Assembly: GCA_023140385.1 (NCBI GenBank) | Contig: JAGLLT010000005.1 | Span: 1 to 34,877, forward strand | Source of the DNA: Candidatus Omnitrophota bacterium | Lineage (GTDB): Bacteria > Omnitrophota > Gorgyraeia > JAGLLT01 | Direction of reading: 5' to 3' | DNA length: 34,877 bases | Shown here: positions 1 to 9,728 of the stretch, piece after piece | Numbering within the stretch: the first letter of the stretch is position 1 | Layout: every line of letters begins with the position of its first letter | Position numbers and translations under genes: made by a program | The notes under the pieces: generated by a model | The model's input: only the letters and a program-made list of their open reading frames with translations | What the model was told of the DNA's origin: nothing | Database searches by the model: none

Positions 1-833
1 TCGGCATAGTCAACCTTTCTTTTCAGGTTTCTAAACGCCGGCATGCTTAACAATCCTCCCAGCATTGTGAAAAGATTACTGCTTAACTGCTGTTTAAACA
101 AACCAGTCACCGTTTCAGCTACGCTCTCCAATACTTTGAGAATAATGTTGCCGGTAAAACCGTCGCAGACAATGACATCAGCCCTTCCCGAAAATATATC
201 TTTACCTTCAACATTGCCTATAAAGTTAAGAGAGCTTTTATCTATCAGGCTGTGCGTTATTTTGGTTAATTCAGTTCCTTTGCTTTTTTCTTCTCCGATA
301 CTTAAAAGTCCAACCCTTACCTCTTTCTTAGACAGTACATAACGGCAGTAAACTGACCCCATAATCGCGTATTGAAGGAGATGTTCGGGCTTACAGTCAA
401 TATTGGCGCCAACGTCAATTAGTAACGTCTGTCCCAGAAGAGTAGGCAAAACCACACTAATGCCCGGCCTGTCAATGGCCTCCAGGGTTTTTAAATTTAG
501 AGCCGCGCTGCAAACAACCGCGCCGGTGTTGCCGGCGGTTACCATGGCATCAGCCAATTTATCCCGCACCAGATTAACCGCGACGTTTATTGAGGAATCT
601 TTCTTTTTGCGGATTGTTACAGCGGGCGCTTCATCCATACCGATAATTTCAGAGGCATGCTTAATGGAAATCTTATCCGGTACAGCCTTATACTTACTAA
701 GCTCTTTTTTTAGAAAAAACTCCTCACCTACCAGAATTATCTCATAGCCGTATTCGTTAGCCGCCTGAATAGCTCCCTCTATAGTACTTTTCGGGGCAAA
801 ATCACCGCCCATCGCGTCAATAGCTATTTTCAT
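1..833 (-). CDS. plsX: Phosphate acyltransferase PlsX (3' end runs off the window)
   Basis: Not in the ORF track. Manual translation from ATG at 833 gives MKIAIDAMGGDFAPKSTIEGAIQAA, later MVTAGNTGAVV, IDRPGI, LIDVGANIDCKPEHLLQYAIMG, LLSIGEEKSKG, FIGNVEGKDIFSG. Lies directly downstream of rpmF. Confidence 0.96.
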   Translation of the reverse strand, partial: MKIAIDAMGGDFAPKSTIEGAIQAANEYGYEIILVGEEFFLKKELSKYKAVPDKISIKHASEIIGMDEAPAVTIRKKKDSSINVAVNLVRDKLADAMVTAGNTGAVVCSAALNLKTLEAIDRPGISVVLPTLLGQTLLIDVGANIDCKPEHLLQYAIMGSVYCRYVLSKKEVRVGLLSIGEEKSKGTELTKITHSLIDKSSLNFIGNVEGKDIFSGRADVIVCDGFTGNIILKVLESVAETVTGLFKQQLSSNLFTMLGGLLSMPAFRNLKRKVDYA

Positions 834-836
834 AAG

Positions 837-1040
837 TTACTTTTGTGTTTTATCCTTTTTCTTAACTTTTATCTCAAGCACCTTCTTGCCTTTATAATGG
901 CCGCAATAAGGACAAATAGCGTGCGGCTTTTTTGCCCGCCCGCAGTGGCCGCATTTCGCGAAACTCGGTATATCTAACTTCTTATGCGTCCTTTTTTTAT
1001 CGCGCCTTGCCTTGGAATGCCTTCTTTTTGGAACTGCCAT
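837..1040 (-). CDS. rpmF: 50S ribosomal protein L32 (zinc-ribbon form)
   Basis: MAVPKRRHSKARRDKKRTH, CxxC...HxxCxxCGxY; SD AGGAGG upstream; rpmF-plsX synteny. Confidence 0.98.
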   Translation of the reverse strand: MAVPKRRHSKARRDKKRTHKKLDIPSFAKCGHCGRAKKPHAICPYCGHYKGKKVLEIKVKKKDKTQK

Positions 1041-1087
1041 AATTAACCTCCTGATGAATTTTATTATTTATATTTGTTATCTATAAC

Positions 1088-1112
1088 GGACAGAGGCAAG
1101 CCCTGTCCCTAC
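1088..1112 (-). repeat. Solitary GTAG-type REP-like palindrome
   Basis: Minus strand reads GTAG-GGACAGGGC-TT-GCCTCTGTCC: a GTAG tetranucleotide at the foot of a GC-rich hairpin with one bulge, in an AT-rich intergenic gap. Confidence 0.7.
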
Positions 1113-1132
1113 GTAAACCTGCCTTGGTTTGG

Positions 1133-2308
1133 TTATTTTATTCCCTTTTGCTTTTTATTCTTTTTAACAATAGCAAAAGTATCCTGAGCGATTAACAGCT
1201 CTTCGTCAGTCGGGATAACCAAAATGCGCGTTTTTTTACCAATAAGCCGGTTTATACCGCATAGGGCTTTATTTTGTACAACCTCAACATTTTCACCTAT
1301 CCCGGCGGTAAAAATAATGGCATCAGCCCCTCCCATAACAGCCAAATAAGCGCCAATATATTTTTTTATTCTGTATATAAAAATATCAAAAGCGGTCTTT
1401 GCCAATTTATTGCCTCTTTTCGCGGCCGCCAATACATCCCTCATATCACTACTCACCTTCGAGACGCCCTTTAATCCACTTTTTTTATTCAACAAATCAT
1501 TCATCTCATCAGGGTTCAATTTTTCCGTTTTCATAATGTATAAAATAATCGCCGGGTCAATGTCTCCGCAGCGCGTTCCCATCAATAAGCCCTCCAAAGG
1601 AGTAAATCCCATTGAGGTATCAATAGATTTACCTCTGTTTACGGCGGTTATACTGCAGCCATTACCCAGATGACAGGTAATAAGCCGCAAGCTGTTTAAA
1701 GGTTTTTTTAGCTTTTTGGCCGCCTCGAGAGCCACATACCTATGACTTGTTCCATGAAAACCATACCTTCTAATATGATATTTCATGTAATACTTATAAG
1801 GCAAGCCATAGAGATAAGCATGCCTCGGTAAAGTTTGATGAAAGGCTGTATCAAAAACAGCTACCTGCGGCACCCCGCCAAATATCCTTTTGACGGCGTT
1901 GATGCCGGCCAAATTCGGCGGATTATGCAGAGGCGCCAACCTGCTTGAGCGCTTGATTGATTTAACAACATCATTAGTAATTAACGTAGACCCCGTAAAC
2001 TCCTCCGCCCCGTGCACAACACGGTGGCCTACAGCTCCAATCTCGTCTTTTGATTGCAGTATTCCGCGCCTGCCATTAGTTACGAGAGCTTTAATTATCA
2101 GGGAAATGGCTTCTTGGTGATTGTGAATATTGACTTTTTTCTTCTTTAGGCCTTCTTCATCCGCCGGTATATGGGTAAATAATGAAACCCGCTGGCCAAT
2201 CTTTTCAATTAACCCCTTGGCTAAAAGCAGGAAATTCTTCGCGTTTTTAATGTCAAAAAGCCTGTATTTTACGGAAGAACTACCGCAGTTAATTACTAAA
2301 ATTTTCAT
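1133..2308 (-). CDS. ackA: Acetate kinase
   Basis: ILVINCGSSSVKY, GHRVVHG, LAPLHNP, VAVFDTAFH, RRYGFHGTSH, CHLGNGCS, DTSMGFTPLEG, FTAGIGEN, PTDEEL. Confidence 0.98.
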   Translation of the reverse strand: MKILVINCGSSSVKYRLFDIKNAKNFLLLAKGLIEKIGQRVSLFTHIPADEEGLKKKKVNIHNHQEAISLIIKALVTNGRRGILQSKDEIGAVGHRVVHGAEEFTGSTLITNDVVKSIKRSSRLAPLHNPPNLAGINAVKRIFGGVPQVAVFDTAFHQTLPRHAYLYGLPYKYYMKYHIRRYGFHGTSHRYVALEAAKKLKKPLNSLRLITCHLGNGCSITAVNRGKSIDTSMGFTPLEGLLMGTRCGDIDPAIILYIMKTEKLNPDEMNDLLNKKSGLKGVSKVSSDMRDVLAAAKRGNKLAKTAFDIFIYRIKKYIGAYLAVMGGADAIIFTAGIGENVEVVQNKALCGINRLIGKKTRILVIPTDEELLIAQDTFAIVKKNKKQKGIK

Positions 2309-2311
2309 AAA

Positions 2312-3304
2312 TTACTGAACCCTTAGCGCCGTTATGGCGATAGAGCCGATTATATCCTCTACGGTACAGCCGCGCGACAGGTCACTGCACGGTTTATTCA
2401 AACCTTGCAGCAAAGGCCCGATTGCCTTTGCCCCGGCCAGTCTTTGGACTAACTTGTATGAGATATTCCCCGACTCTAAATCAGGAAATATTAAAACGTT
2501 CGCCTGCCCGGCTATTGGGCTTAGCGGCGCTTTAATTTGCGCTACTTCCGGAACAATGGCCGCGTCTACCTGCAACTCTCCGTCTATCATAATATCCGGC
2601 CTTTGCTTTTTAATCAGAGAGACGGCAAAAGCAACCTTATCAATAAGTTTTCCCATAGCGCTTGATTTCGTAGAATAACTGAGCATAGCTACTCTGGGTT
2701 CTATATTAAAGACCTTATTCATTAAATCGGCCGTTGAAATAGCGATGCAAGCCAACTGCTCCGGTGAAGGGCTGGGTATTATCGCGCAATCGGCAAATAT
2801 AAATAAGCCTTTCGCGCCCAGAGCGCAATTAGGTACAATCATTATAAATGAACTTGATACTGTTCTAAACTCCGGTAGAGCGCCTACGCAATGAATGGCG
2901 GCTCTGGCTACATCTCCGGAAGTATTGGCCGCTCCGGCAACAAAGCCATCCGCCCTCCCATGCTTTAGCATCATGGCCCCATAAAAAAGAGAGTTGCTCA
3001 TAACCTCTTTTGCCCGGCTTATTGTTACTCCTCTATGCTTACGGCTTTTAAAATACTCCTGCGCGTAAAAATCAAACTCCTTTGATTTAAGGTGATTGAT
3101 AATTTTTACCTTTGAAATATCCAAACCGCGGCTCTCAGCTTTTTTTTCGATCTCTTCATTAGAGCCGACTAAAATTATTTCAGCCAGCTGTTCATCAGCC
3201 GCTATCTTAGCGGCGCTGAGAACTCTATCATCCAGGCTTTCAGGGAGTATTATTCTGCGCGTCTTTGTTTTAGCCTTTTCATAAATGTCTTTTAGTATTT
3301 CCAT
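2312..3304 (-). CDS. pta: Phosphate acetyltransferase
   Basis: IILPES, FIFADCAI, VAMLSYST, IDGELQVDAA, LIFPDLESGNISYKL, DLSRGC; adjacent to ackA. Confidence 0.97.
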   Translation of the reverse strand: MEILKDIYEKAKTKTRRIILPESLDDRVLSAAKIAADEQLAEIILVGSNEEIEKKAESRGLDISKVKIINHLKSKEFDFYAQEYFKSRKHRGVTISRAKEVMSNSLFYGAMMLKHGRADGFVAGAANTSGDVARAAIHCVGALPEFRTVSSSFIMIVPNCALGAKGLFIFADCAIIPSPSPEQLACIAISTADLMNKVFNIEPRVAMLSYSTKSSAMGKLIDKVAFAVSLIKKQRPDIMIDGELQVDAAIVPEVAQIKAPLSPIAGQANVLIFPDLESGNISYKLVQRLAGAKAIGPLLQGLNKPCSDLSRGCTVEDIIGSIAITALRVQ

Positions 3305-3330
3305 TTACCCCCGATAGAGTTAGCCCGGAT

Positions 3331-3822
3331 TTATTCATTTTTCAGCAACTTTCGCTTGAGAGCGTCAGCTACTTTTTTAGGCACAAAGTGCTCAACATTA
3401 GCCCCAAGAGAAACAGCCTCCTTGATTAATTTAGAGGAAAGATAGCAGTATGACTCACTGGGCATCAAAAAAATTGTTTCAACTTCCGGATTTAGCCGGC
3501 GGTTAGTAAGGGCCATCTGAAATTCGTACTCAAAGTCAGAAATCATCCGGATGCCTCTGATGACTACTTTAGCATTTACCTCTTTGACGTAGTCCGCAAT
3601 CAATGAGCTAAAGTCATCAACCCTGATGTTTTTTATATCAGTTGTAATGTTTTTGATCATGGCCACCCTCTCCTTAACCGAAAATAATGGCTTTTTATTG
3701 GGGGAGTGGGCTACCGCGACAATAACCTCCTCGTATATTTTACTTGCTCTTTTGAGTAGGTCCATATGCCCGTAAGTGATAGGATCAAAGGTTCCCGGAT
3801 AAACAACTCTTTGTTTTTTCAA
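3331..3822 (-). CDS. coaD: Pantetheine-phosphate adenylyltransferase
   Basis: YPGTFDPITYGHMD, RGIRMISDFEYEFQMALTNR, LSSKLIKE; TTG start overlapping rsmD. Confidence 0.98.
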   Translation of the reverse strand: MKKQRVVYPGTFDPITYGHMDLLKRASKIYEEVIVAVAHSPNKKPLFSVKERVAMIKNITTDIKNIRVDDFSSLIADYVKEVNAKVVIRGIRMISDFEYEFQMALTNRRLNPEVETIFLMPSESYCYLSSKLIKEAVSLGANVEHFVPKKVADALKRKLLKNE

Positions 3823-4372
3823 CCCGCTTCTCTTTTTTGTAGAATGATACTGAAGTTTTACCCGCTTGATATCTTCGTGTTAATTCAAATATTCCAATAA
3901 GCCGCGATAACTTATCGCTGCTTTTGTGTTCTACGATAATCAAACCATCGTGGCAGAGTATAGCATAGTCAGATAATATAATCAAGCACTTTTTAGCTAT
4001 ATCAGCATCATACGGAGGGTCAACAAAAATTATATCAAACTTAACGCTTTTTTTAGAGTATTTCTTTATGTAACGAAAGACATCTTTTCGGTGAATCTCT
4101 ATACGGCCGCTGTCTTCAATCGCCAAGGCGGCTATATTTTTCTTAATATCAGAAATTTCCCTGTCAACCATGGTTACCTTTTGGGCGCCTCTCGAAAGGG
4201 CTTCAAGGCCCAGAGAACCGCTTCCGGAAAACAGATCTAAAACCAATGAACCCTTAATTCTATCCTTGAGTATGTTAAAAAGAGACTCCTTAACAATATC
4301 TTTGGTAGGGCTAATTCTTTTTGAGCTAACCTTTAGGCGCCGGTTTTTAAGAGTTCCCGCGATAATTCTCAT
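3785..4372 (-). CDS. rsmD: 16S rRNA m2G966 methyltransferase
   Basis: MRIIAG, VKESLFNIL, LDLFSGSGSLGLEALSRGA, FDIIFVDPPY; rsmD-coaD synteny. Confidence 0.95.
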   Translation of the reverse strand: MRIIAGTLKNRRLKVSSKRISPTKDIVKESLFNILKDRIKGSLVLDLFSGSGSLGLEALSRGAQKVTMVDREISDIKKNIAALAIEDSGRIEIHRKDVFRYIKKYSKKSVKFDIIFVDPPYDADIAKKCLIILSDYAILCHDGLIIVEHKSSDKLSRLIGIFELTRRYQAGKTSVSFYKKEKRVEKTKSCLSGNL

Positions 4373-4465
4373 ATTTCAAAAGATAGTCCAATCCTGGTCC
4401 GGGCGCGAAAAACTGAAACAATATATTTCCATTGACGTAGTTATTCATCCATACGCCTTACTAAA

Positions 4466-4846
4466 TTAATAGTACTTCATGAAGCTGGAAATAACATCGT
4501 CTCTGGTTATGCAGCCGATGAGTTTGCCTCGCTTTATAACCGGAAGTTTTCTTAAGCTTTTGTCACTGAATATTTTAGCTACTTTTTCAAGCGCGTCGCT
4601 TTCTTTTACACAAGTAACATTTTTTGTCATAATATCTTTGGCTGTCATTTTCAGAAACTTGTTAGAATTGAAATTTTTTATAATGTCCTTTTCAGAAACA
4701 ACTCCCACCAGCTTCCCGCGGGAATCCACTACAGGCAGGCTTGTCAACTTCCTTTCCGTCAATATTTTGCTGATTTTTTTAACCGAAGCTTTTGAATCAA
4801 CAGCAAAACACTTGCGACCTGCAATTATCTCTTTAACTTTGGCCAT
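4466..4846 (-). CDS. Stand-alone tandem CBS-domain protein
   Basis: Two CBS motifs (LPVVDSRGKLVGVVSEKDII; LPVIKRGKLIGCITRDDV). ATG at 4846 preferred over 4855 because of the purine-rich SD upstream; overlaps the GH65 3' end. Confidence 0.9.
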   Translation of the reverse strand: MAKVKEIIAGRKCFAVDSKASVKKISKILTERKLTSLPVVDSRGKLVGVVSEKDIIKNFNSNKFLKMTAKDIMTKNVTCVKESDALEKVAKIFSDKSLRKLPVIKRGKLIGCITRDDVISSFMKYY

Positions 4847-7172
4847 ATGAACCACCCCTCTCTTTTCCTGTTTTTACAGTTACAACTTTACCGGCGGTTA
4901 AGTTATAATCCCTGCCAAGCACCTTAACTGTAAGTGGTTTGCGGACCCTCTTTTTTTGCCCGGTATCAACTAAAGTTATCTCAATCTTATTCCTTGATAT
5001 TTTAAAAGCGATAATTCTTCCGTGATGCTCTATTTTAAAAGAAAGCATTTTCCAGTGGCTTGGCAGATTAGGATGAAGGCTGATTCCCTGTTCGCTAACC
5101 CTCAAACCGCCAAAACCCTTTATAACAGCTTGATAGCTTCCCCCCAGCGAAGCCCCATGTATGCCATCGGCTGTATTGCCGTGTTTATTCTGCAGGTCAG
5201 CGAGAACGGAATAGATAAAGTAAACGTAAGCCCTCAGACTGTCGCCTATCCGGGCCGCGACCGCCGCGTGAACACTCGGGCTTAGGGATGATTTATGAAG
5301 AGTTCTTTCCGCGTAGTAGTAATAATTTTTTTTCACTTCATCAGATGAAAAGTTCTGGGGGAATAAAAATAAAAGCATAACAACATCGGCCTGCTTGACA
5401 AACTGGGTTTTGCCAATTTGCTTGAGCGGAATAGTCTTGGGAGAAGCGAGAACAAAATTTCTCTCCCATTCTGAGATTGTTATTGAGCGCTTCTTAAAGT
5501 AACCCTCAAACTGTTCAATCAGCTTTTTCTTGGCGGACCTGAGAATACATATCCCTTCGGTAATTTTTAACCATCCGGCAACCTCTTCGTCAGTTACCTT
5601 TAGGCGCGTTTTTAAACTTTTGAAACGGCGGTTTGACCTTGACCGGTATTTGTCGTAAAGAGTAACTGCGTAGAGTAAATTCCACTTGGCCAAATAGTTG
5701 GTAAAGGTGTTATTATTGACATCAATGTGGAATTCGTCGGGGCCGATTACGTGATTAATCTCATACCGCGCTTTTTCTCTATTATAGCTAACGCGGCTGG
5801 CATAAAAGCGAGCCGTTTCAAATATCATCTCCATGCCGTAGCGCAGCATAAAATCGTCATCGCCTGTCAGTAGGTGATACCTGTAAACGGCGTAAGCTAC
5901 ATCAGAAGAAATATGGTGCTCATAGTTATGCGTGTGTATCTCTATAATTGTGCCGTCAAGGTCTTTGGAATAACCGGGTGTGGTTTCAGCGCCGGTAGCC
6001 GCTGACTCCCAGGGAAAAAGAGCTCCTTTATAGCCAGTGGCAATTGCTCTTTTACGCGCCTCCCCCATTCTTCTATAGCGGTAAAGAAGCAGTTTCTTCG
6101 CGATCTGCGGATTGGTCATTGTGAAAAACGGCAGGATAAAAATTTCCGTATCCCAGAAAATATGCCCGCGATAGCCTTCACCGCTTAAAGTTTTAGCCGC
6201 GATACTTATATCCTTGCTCCACTTGCCGGCTGAAATAAGAAGGTGATAGATATTAAATCTCACCGCCCTTTGAATATCTTTGTCGCCGCCAATTACAACA
6301 TCTGACATCTTCCAGAGTTTACTCCATGACGCAGAGTGTTTCAGGAAAAGCTTATCAAAACCGGCGCGATAAGCCCCTTTAACGCTTTCGGAAGATATAG
6401 CCTTCAGCTTCTTTCTGCTTATATGCCTTGAGGTATGAATTGTTACGTATTTAGTAAGGGTTATACTTTGGTTCTTCTTTAATTTAACCGATAGTACCCT
6501 GGAGGAAGACAGCCTTTCTTTCTTATTTTTTTTTACTGAAAGCAGGCTTGAATATGCTATCCATGTCTTATATGTGTAACTTCGCACACAAAGGTAGTTA
6601 AAATGATTTTCAATATCAGCTTCAATTGCCCTGACGTGCCTTTTTTTACCTTCTAAAAGGCCGCCCTGATTAGTTATTGAATCATCAACGCACTCCTGTA
6701 TCATAAGATGTACAGGCGCGCCAACAGCCTTTAGTTTAACCTTCATCACCAGAAGGTGCGGGTTGTCGTAGCTTGCAAACCTGGCAGATTCATAGCTGAT
6801 TTTTCTGCCCCAGGCGTCTTTAAACAAAGTCTCCCTGAGAAGTATGCCCTTTTGCATATTTAGCGCCCTGCGGTGTTTTAATACCTGCATTCTTTTTACG
6901 TCAAGCTTTTCTCCGTCTGAGGCTACCCTGAAATCAAGCGGATTGGGAAGGTTGATTAACTCCTCTACCTGAGCTACACTTTTGTCATAAATACCCGCGA
7001 TAAAAGTTCCGGGCATACAGCCTTCCGGCGCTTCCTCCAAAATACCACGCAAGCCCATATAACCGTTGCCGATGGTAAAGATAGATTCGTCAACCTGCTG
7101 TTTCTTAGAGGAAAAGTTTTTTGATTTTCTTTCAATCAGCCATTGGCTGTCAGTTAAATATTTTTTTATCAT
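4833..7172 (-). CDS. GH65 glycoside phosphorylase, kojibiose/alpha-1,2-glucoside phosphorylase-like
   Basis: GNGYMGLRG, GEGYRGHIFWDTEIF, FPWESAATGAETTP, EHHISSD, GPDEFH (catalytic Glu), KQADV, HKSSLS. Confidence 0.92.
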   Translation of the reverse strand: MIKKYLTDSQWLIERKSKNFSSKKQQVDESIFTIGNGYMGLRGILEEAPEGCMPGTFIAGIYDKSVAQVEELINLPNPLDFRVASDGEKLDVKRMQVLKHRRALNMQKGILLRETLFKDAWGRKISYESARFASYDNPHLLVMKVKLKAVGAPVHLMIQECVDDSITNQGGLLEGKKRHVRAIEADIENHFNYLCVRSYTYKTWIAYSSLLSVKKNKKERLSSSRVLSVKLKKNQSITLTKYVTIHTSRHISRKKLKAISSESVKGAYRAGFDKLFLKHSASWSKLWKMSDVVIGGDKDIQRAVRFNIYHLLISAGKWSKDISIAAKTLSGEGYRGHIFWDTEIFILPFFTMTNPQIAKKLLLYRYRRMGEARKRAIATGYKGALFPWESAATGAETTPGYSKDLDGTIIEIHTHNYEHHISSDVAYAVYRYHLLTGDDDFMLRYGMEMIFETARFYASRVSYNREKARYEINHVIGPDEFHIDVNNNTFTNYLAKWNLLYAVTLYDKYRSRSNRRFKSLKTRLKVTDEEVAGWLKITEGICILRSAKKKLIEQFEGYFKKRSITISEWERNFVLASPKTIPLKQIGKTQFVKQADVVMLLFLFPQNFSSDEVKKNYYYYAERTLHKSSLSPSVHAAVAARIGDSLRAYVYFIYSVLADLQNKHGNTADGIHGASLGGSYQAVIKGFGGLRVSEQGISLHPNLPSHWKMLSFKIEHHGRIIAFKISRNKIEITLVDTGQKKRVRKPLTVKVLGRDYNLTAGKVVTVKTGKERGGSYGQS

Positions 7173-7828
7173 TGGTCAATAACTATTTTTTCGATCATCT
7201 CTAATGAAACCTGAGAAAAGTTGTTTATGATAAGGTCGGCTTTGCTTAATAGTTGAGGTTGATTGTGCCTATCAATTCCGATGCAGGCCATGTTGCCGTT
7301 TTTCGCGGCCTCTACACCTTTTTCCGCGTCTTCAAAAACCACGCAGTCAAAATAATCTAAGTTCAACAGCCTGGAGGCGTTAAGAAAGATTTCAGCATCG
7401 GGCTTGCCTTTATTAAAGCCGTATCCGTCAACAACAGCGTTAAACATAGAGCTCAGGCCGGTTTTTTGTAAAATATCTTTACAGTTTTTGCTGGATGAAG
7501 CCACGGCAATCTTCAGCGTGTCTCTATCCAGGCTGTTTAAAAACGCGAGAGTATCCTTATAGACCTCAACCTTTTCAGTTGTAATTAAATCCGTAAAATA
7601 TTCCTGCTTTTTATCCGCGGCTTCCTTCAGTTTTTCATCAGAAAAACCGGTTAATATAGCTCTGGTGCCGTCCAGTCTCGGTATGCCGTCAACCTTTTTT
7701 CTGTAATCGTCAAAATTAAACTCAACGCCGTAATCGGAAAACATCTTTTTCCAAGCTTCAAAGTGAAGCGGAACGGTGTTAACAATAACTCCGTCCATAT
7801 CAAAAATCAAACCCTTTAACTTAGCCAT
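7169..7828 (-). CDS. pgmB: Beta-phosphoglucomutase family HAD enzyme
   Basis: FDMDGVIVNT, HFEAWK, ASSSKN, GKPDAEIF, VFEDAEKGVEAA; ATGA-coupled to GH65, the usual partner. Confidence 0.88.
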   Translation of the reverse strand: MAKLKGLIFDMDGVIVNTVPLHFEAWKKMFSDYGVEFNFDDYRKKVDGIPRLDGTRAILTGFSDEKLKEAADKKQEYFTDLITTEKVEVYKDTLAFLNSLDRDTLKIAVASSSKNCKDILQKTGLSSMFNAVVDGYGFNKGKPDAEIFLNASRLLNLDYFDCVVFEDAEKGVEAAKNGNMACIGIDRHNQPQLLSKADLIINNFSQVSLEMIEKIVIDQ

Positions 7829-7831
7829 CCG

Positions 7832-9031
7832 CTAACATCCTTTCATTACCTGTTGATAAACATCGATTGTATCATCAACCATTTTTTCAATTGTAAAACT
7901 CCTTAGCACCATATCCCTTCCGTTACTACCCAATCTCCGCGCCGAGTCAGCATCTTTTAACAGCCTGATTATCCTGTCTGCCAGATCATTATGCTTTTTA
8001 ACCTTAACAATGTATCCGTTAAGCCCATCCTGTATTATCTCCGGCATACCCCCCGTTTCAGTCACTACCATTGGAACCGAACTCGACAATGACTCAAGCA
8101 TGGTAATCCCAAAAGGTTCGCATGCCGTGGAGGGATAAACTGAAACGGAAGCTAAATTATAGAACTTAGAGATAAGATTATGTGGTATCATATCAATATA
8201 AACGTTTTTCTCCAAATCGAGAGTTTTTATCAGGTGCAGCATATAGGCTATATCTTTTTGCTGAGTTGAATTCCAATCAATTATATTTCTTATCCCGCAC
8301 AAAATAAGCATAACTTCGGGCACCTGTTTTTTGACAATAGCTATAGCTTTAATGCTCGTGTCGCACCCCTTAGCCAAACCCATCCTGGCAGGGTGAAAAA
8401 TTACCTTTTTTCCTTTAAATTGGGGGTACTTTTTAATCAGCGCCTGAGCGGAAGCCGGCTTAAAGCGTTCCGTATCCACGCCGTGATAGACGACGCTAAT
8501 CCTGCTCTCTTTTACGCCTACGCTTTGGAGCTCCTCTTTAATGTAGTTGCTAACCGCGATGATATGGTTCCACTTGACAACTTCGTTCGTCAAGTCAAGA
8601 AAAAGACCGTCATCCCAGACATTATGAGCGGTAAGGATTAAAGGCACTTGATTGCTTCTGGCGTAATCATTCAGTAGTTTAGCGTGCACCCGGCTAAAAT
8701 AGTGCATATTGTGGGTGTGAATGAGGTCAGGTTTTATTTTATCGAGGTAACTAAATAGAAATTCGCGCAGTTCGCCCTCTATAGCCTCAAATCCGCGCTG
8801 TAAAAGCCAGTTAAGATCAAAATATGGAGTGCGGTAGACCTTCATGCCTTCGTACTCTTCTTCGTGCTCAGTGCCTTCAGGAAGGCCCGTTAATAGATAT
8901 ACCTTGTGGCCTCTTTTTACAAGTTCAGGGCCAAGCAGAGTAAGATGCGTTTCAACTCCTCCTATGGTCGGAGGAAACCCCCAATGCATCTGGAGTATTG
9001 TTAAATTTTTTTTCAAATTTTTTGTCCCCAT
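7832..9031 (-). CDS. GT4 (GT-B, retaining) glycosyltransferase
   Basis: FPPTIGGVETH, HGVDTERF, PARMGLAKG, YPSTACEPFGITMLE (EX7E), GGMPEII. Confidence 0.92.
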   Translation of the reverse strand: MGTKNLKKNLTILQMHWGFPPTIGGVETHLTLLGPELVKRGHKVYLLTGLPEGTEHEEEYEGMKVYRTPYFDLNWLLQRGFEAIEGELREFLFSYLDKIKPDLIHTHNMHYFSRVHAKLLNDYARSNQVPLILTAHNVWDDGLFLDLTNEVVKWNHIIAVSNYIKEELQSVGVKESRISVVYHGVDTERFKPASAQALIKKYPQFKGKKVIFHPARMGLAKGCDTSIKAIAIVKKQVPEVMLILCGIRNIIDWNSTQQKDIAYMLHLIKTLDLEKNVYIDMIPHNLISKFYNLASVSVYPSTACEPFGITMLESLSSSVPMVVTETGGMPEIIQDGLNGYIVKVKKHNDLADRIIRLLKDADSARRLGSNGRDMVLRSFTIEKMVDDTIDVYQQVMKGC

Positions 9032-9100
9032 AATTCTCCCCCCTGCAACTTTTTTATAACCTCTTGCTAAAAGAAAGGTTACCCCATTTCCACGTTTTTG

Positions 9101-9682
9101 TCAAGTAGAGGCGCGATTCTTATGCCGCCTTTTAATTATCTTCATTGTTTCTTCCCAGCTTGATACAGGATATATATTGGGGTGATTTTCTACACAGTCA
9201 TTCCAGGGATATGAAAACATAATTACCTTTATACCGCTGTCCGCGATGCGCCGGGTATAATTAGGGTGGTCTTCAATGAAAAAATCTACTTTTTCATTAT
9301 ATTTATCGGATAACAGATGCTTCTCGGAAAGAGTAAAATAAATTTCATCATAAGCTACCTTATACCTATTGAGCCACTTTAGAGTAACTCCTTTGGCTTC
9401 AAGAGGCCTGGCTGTAGCTATTATTATGCGGTTATCTTCAGCAAGTTTTCTTATTGAGTCAAGGGCGTTGTTCAACGGCTTCATATCAAACCATACACCC
9501 TCATCAAAAAAGATTTCGTAAAGCCGGCTTAGTTCATCCTTGCTGAATTCAAAGGAATCTTCATAGTGAAATGTCTTGACCTCACTTAAAGGAAAGTCGC
9601 GCTTAAAACGCTCCTTCATAACGCTTCTGAATTTAGTATCAGCGTCAGCAATCACGCCGTCAATATCTATGGCTATATTCAT
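9101..9682 (-). CDS. HAD phosphatase, 5'(3')-deoxyribonucleotidase/YqfW-like
   Basis: IAIDIDGVIAD (motif I), ATARP (II), K (III), FFIEDHP (IV), PWN. Confidence 0.85.
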   Translation of the reverse strand: MNIAIDIDGVIADADTKFRSVMKERFKRDFPLSEVKTFHYEDSFEFSKDELSRLYEIFFDEGVWFDMKPLNNALDSIRKLAEDNRIIIATARPLEAKGVTLKWLNRYKVAYDEIYFTLSEKHLLSDKYNEKVDFFIEDHPNYTRRIADSGIKVIMFSYPWNDCVENHPNIYPVSSWEETMKIIKRRHKNRAST

Positions 9683-9728
9683 ATTAATTCCAACTTACGC
9701 GTTAAAAAACTAACATCTTGGCGGCTTA

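Noticed and set aside
4373..4465. Short ORF or regulatory RNA upstream of rsmD
   Set aside because: A ~33-codon frame lacks an SD and overlaps rsmD; no convincing structure.
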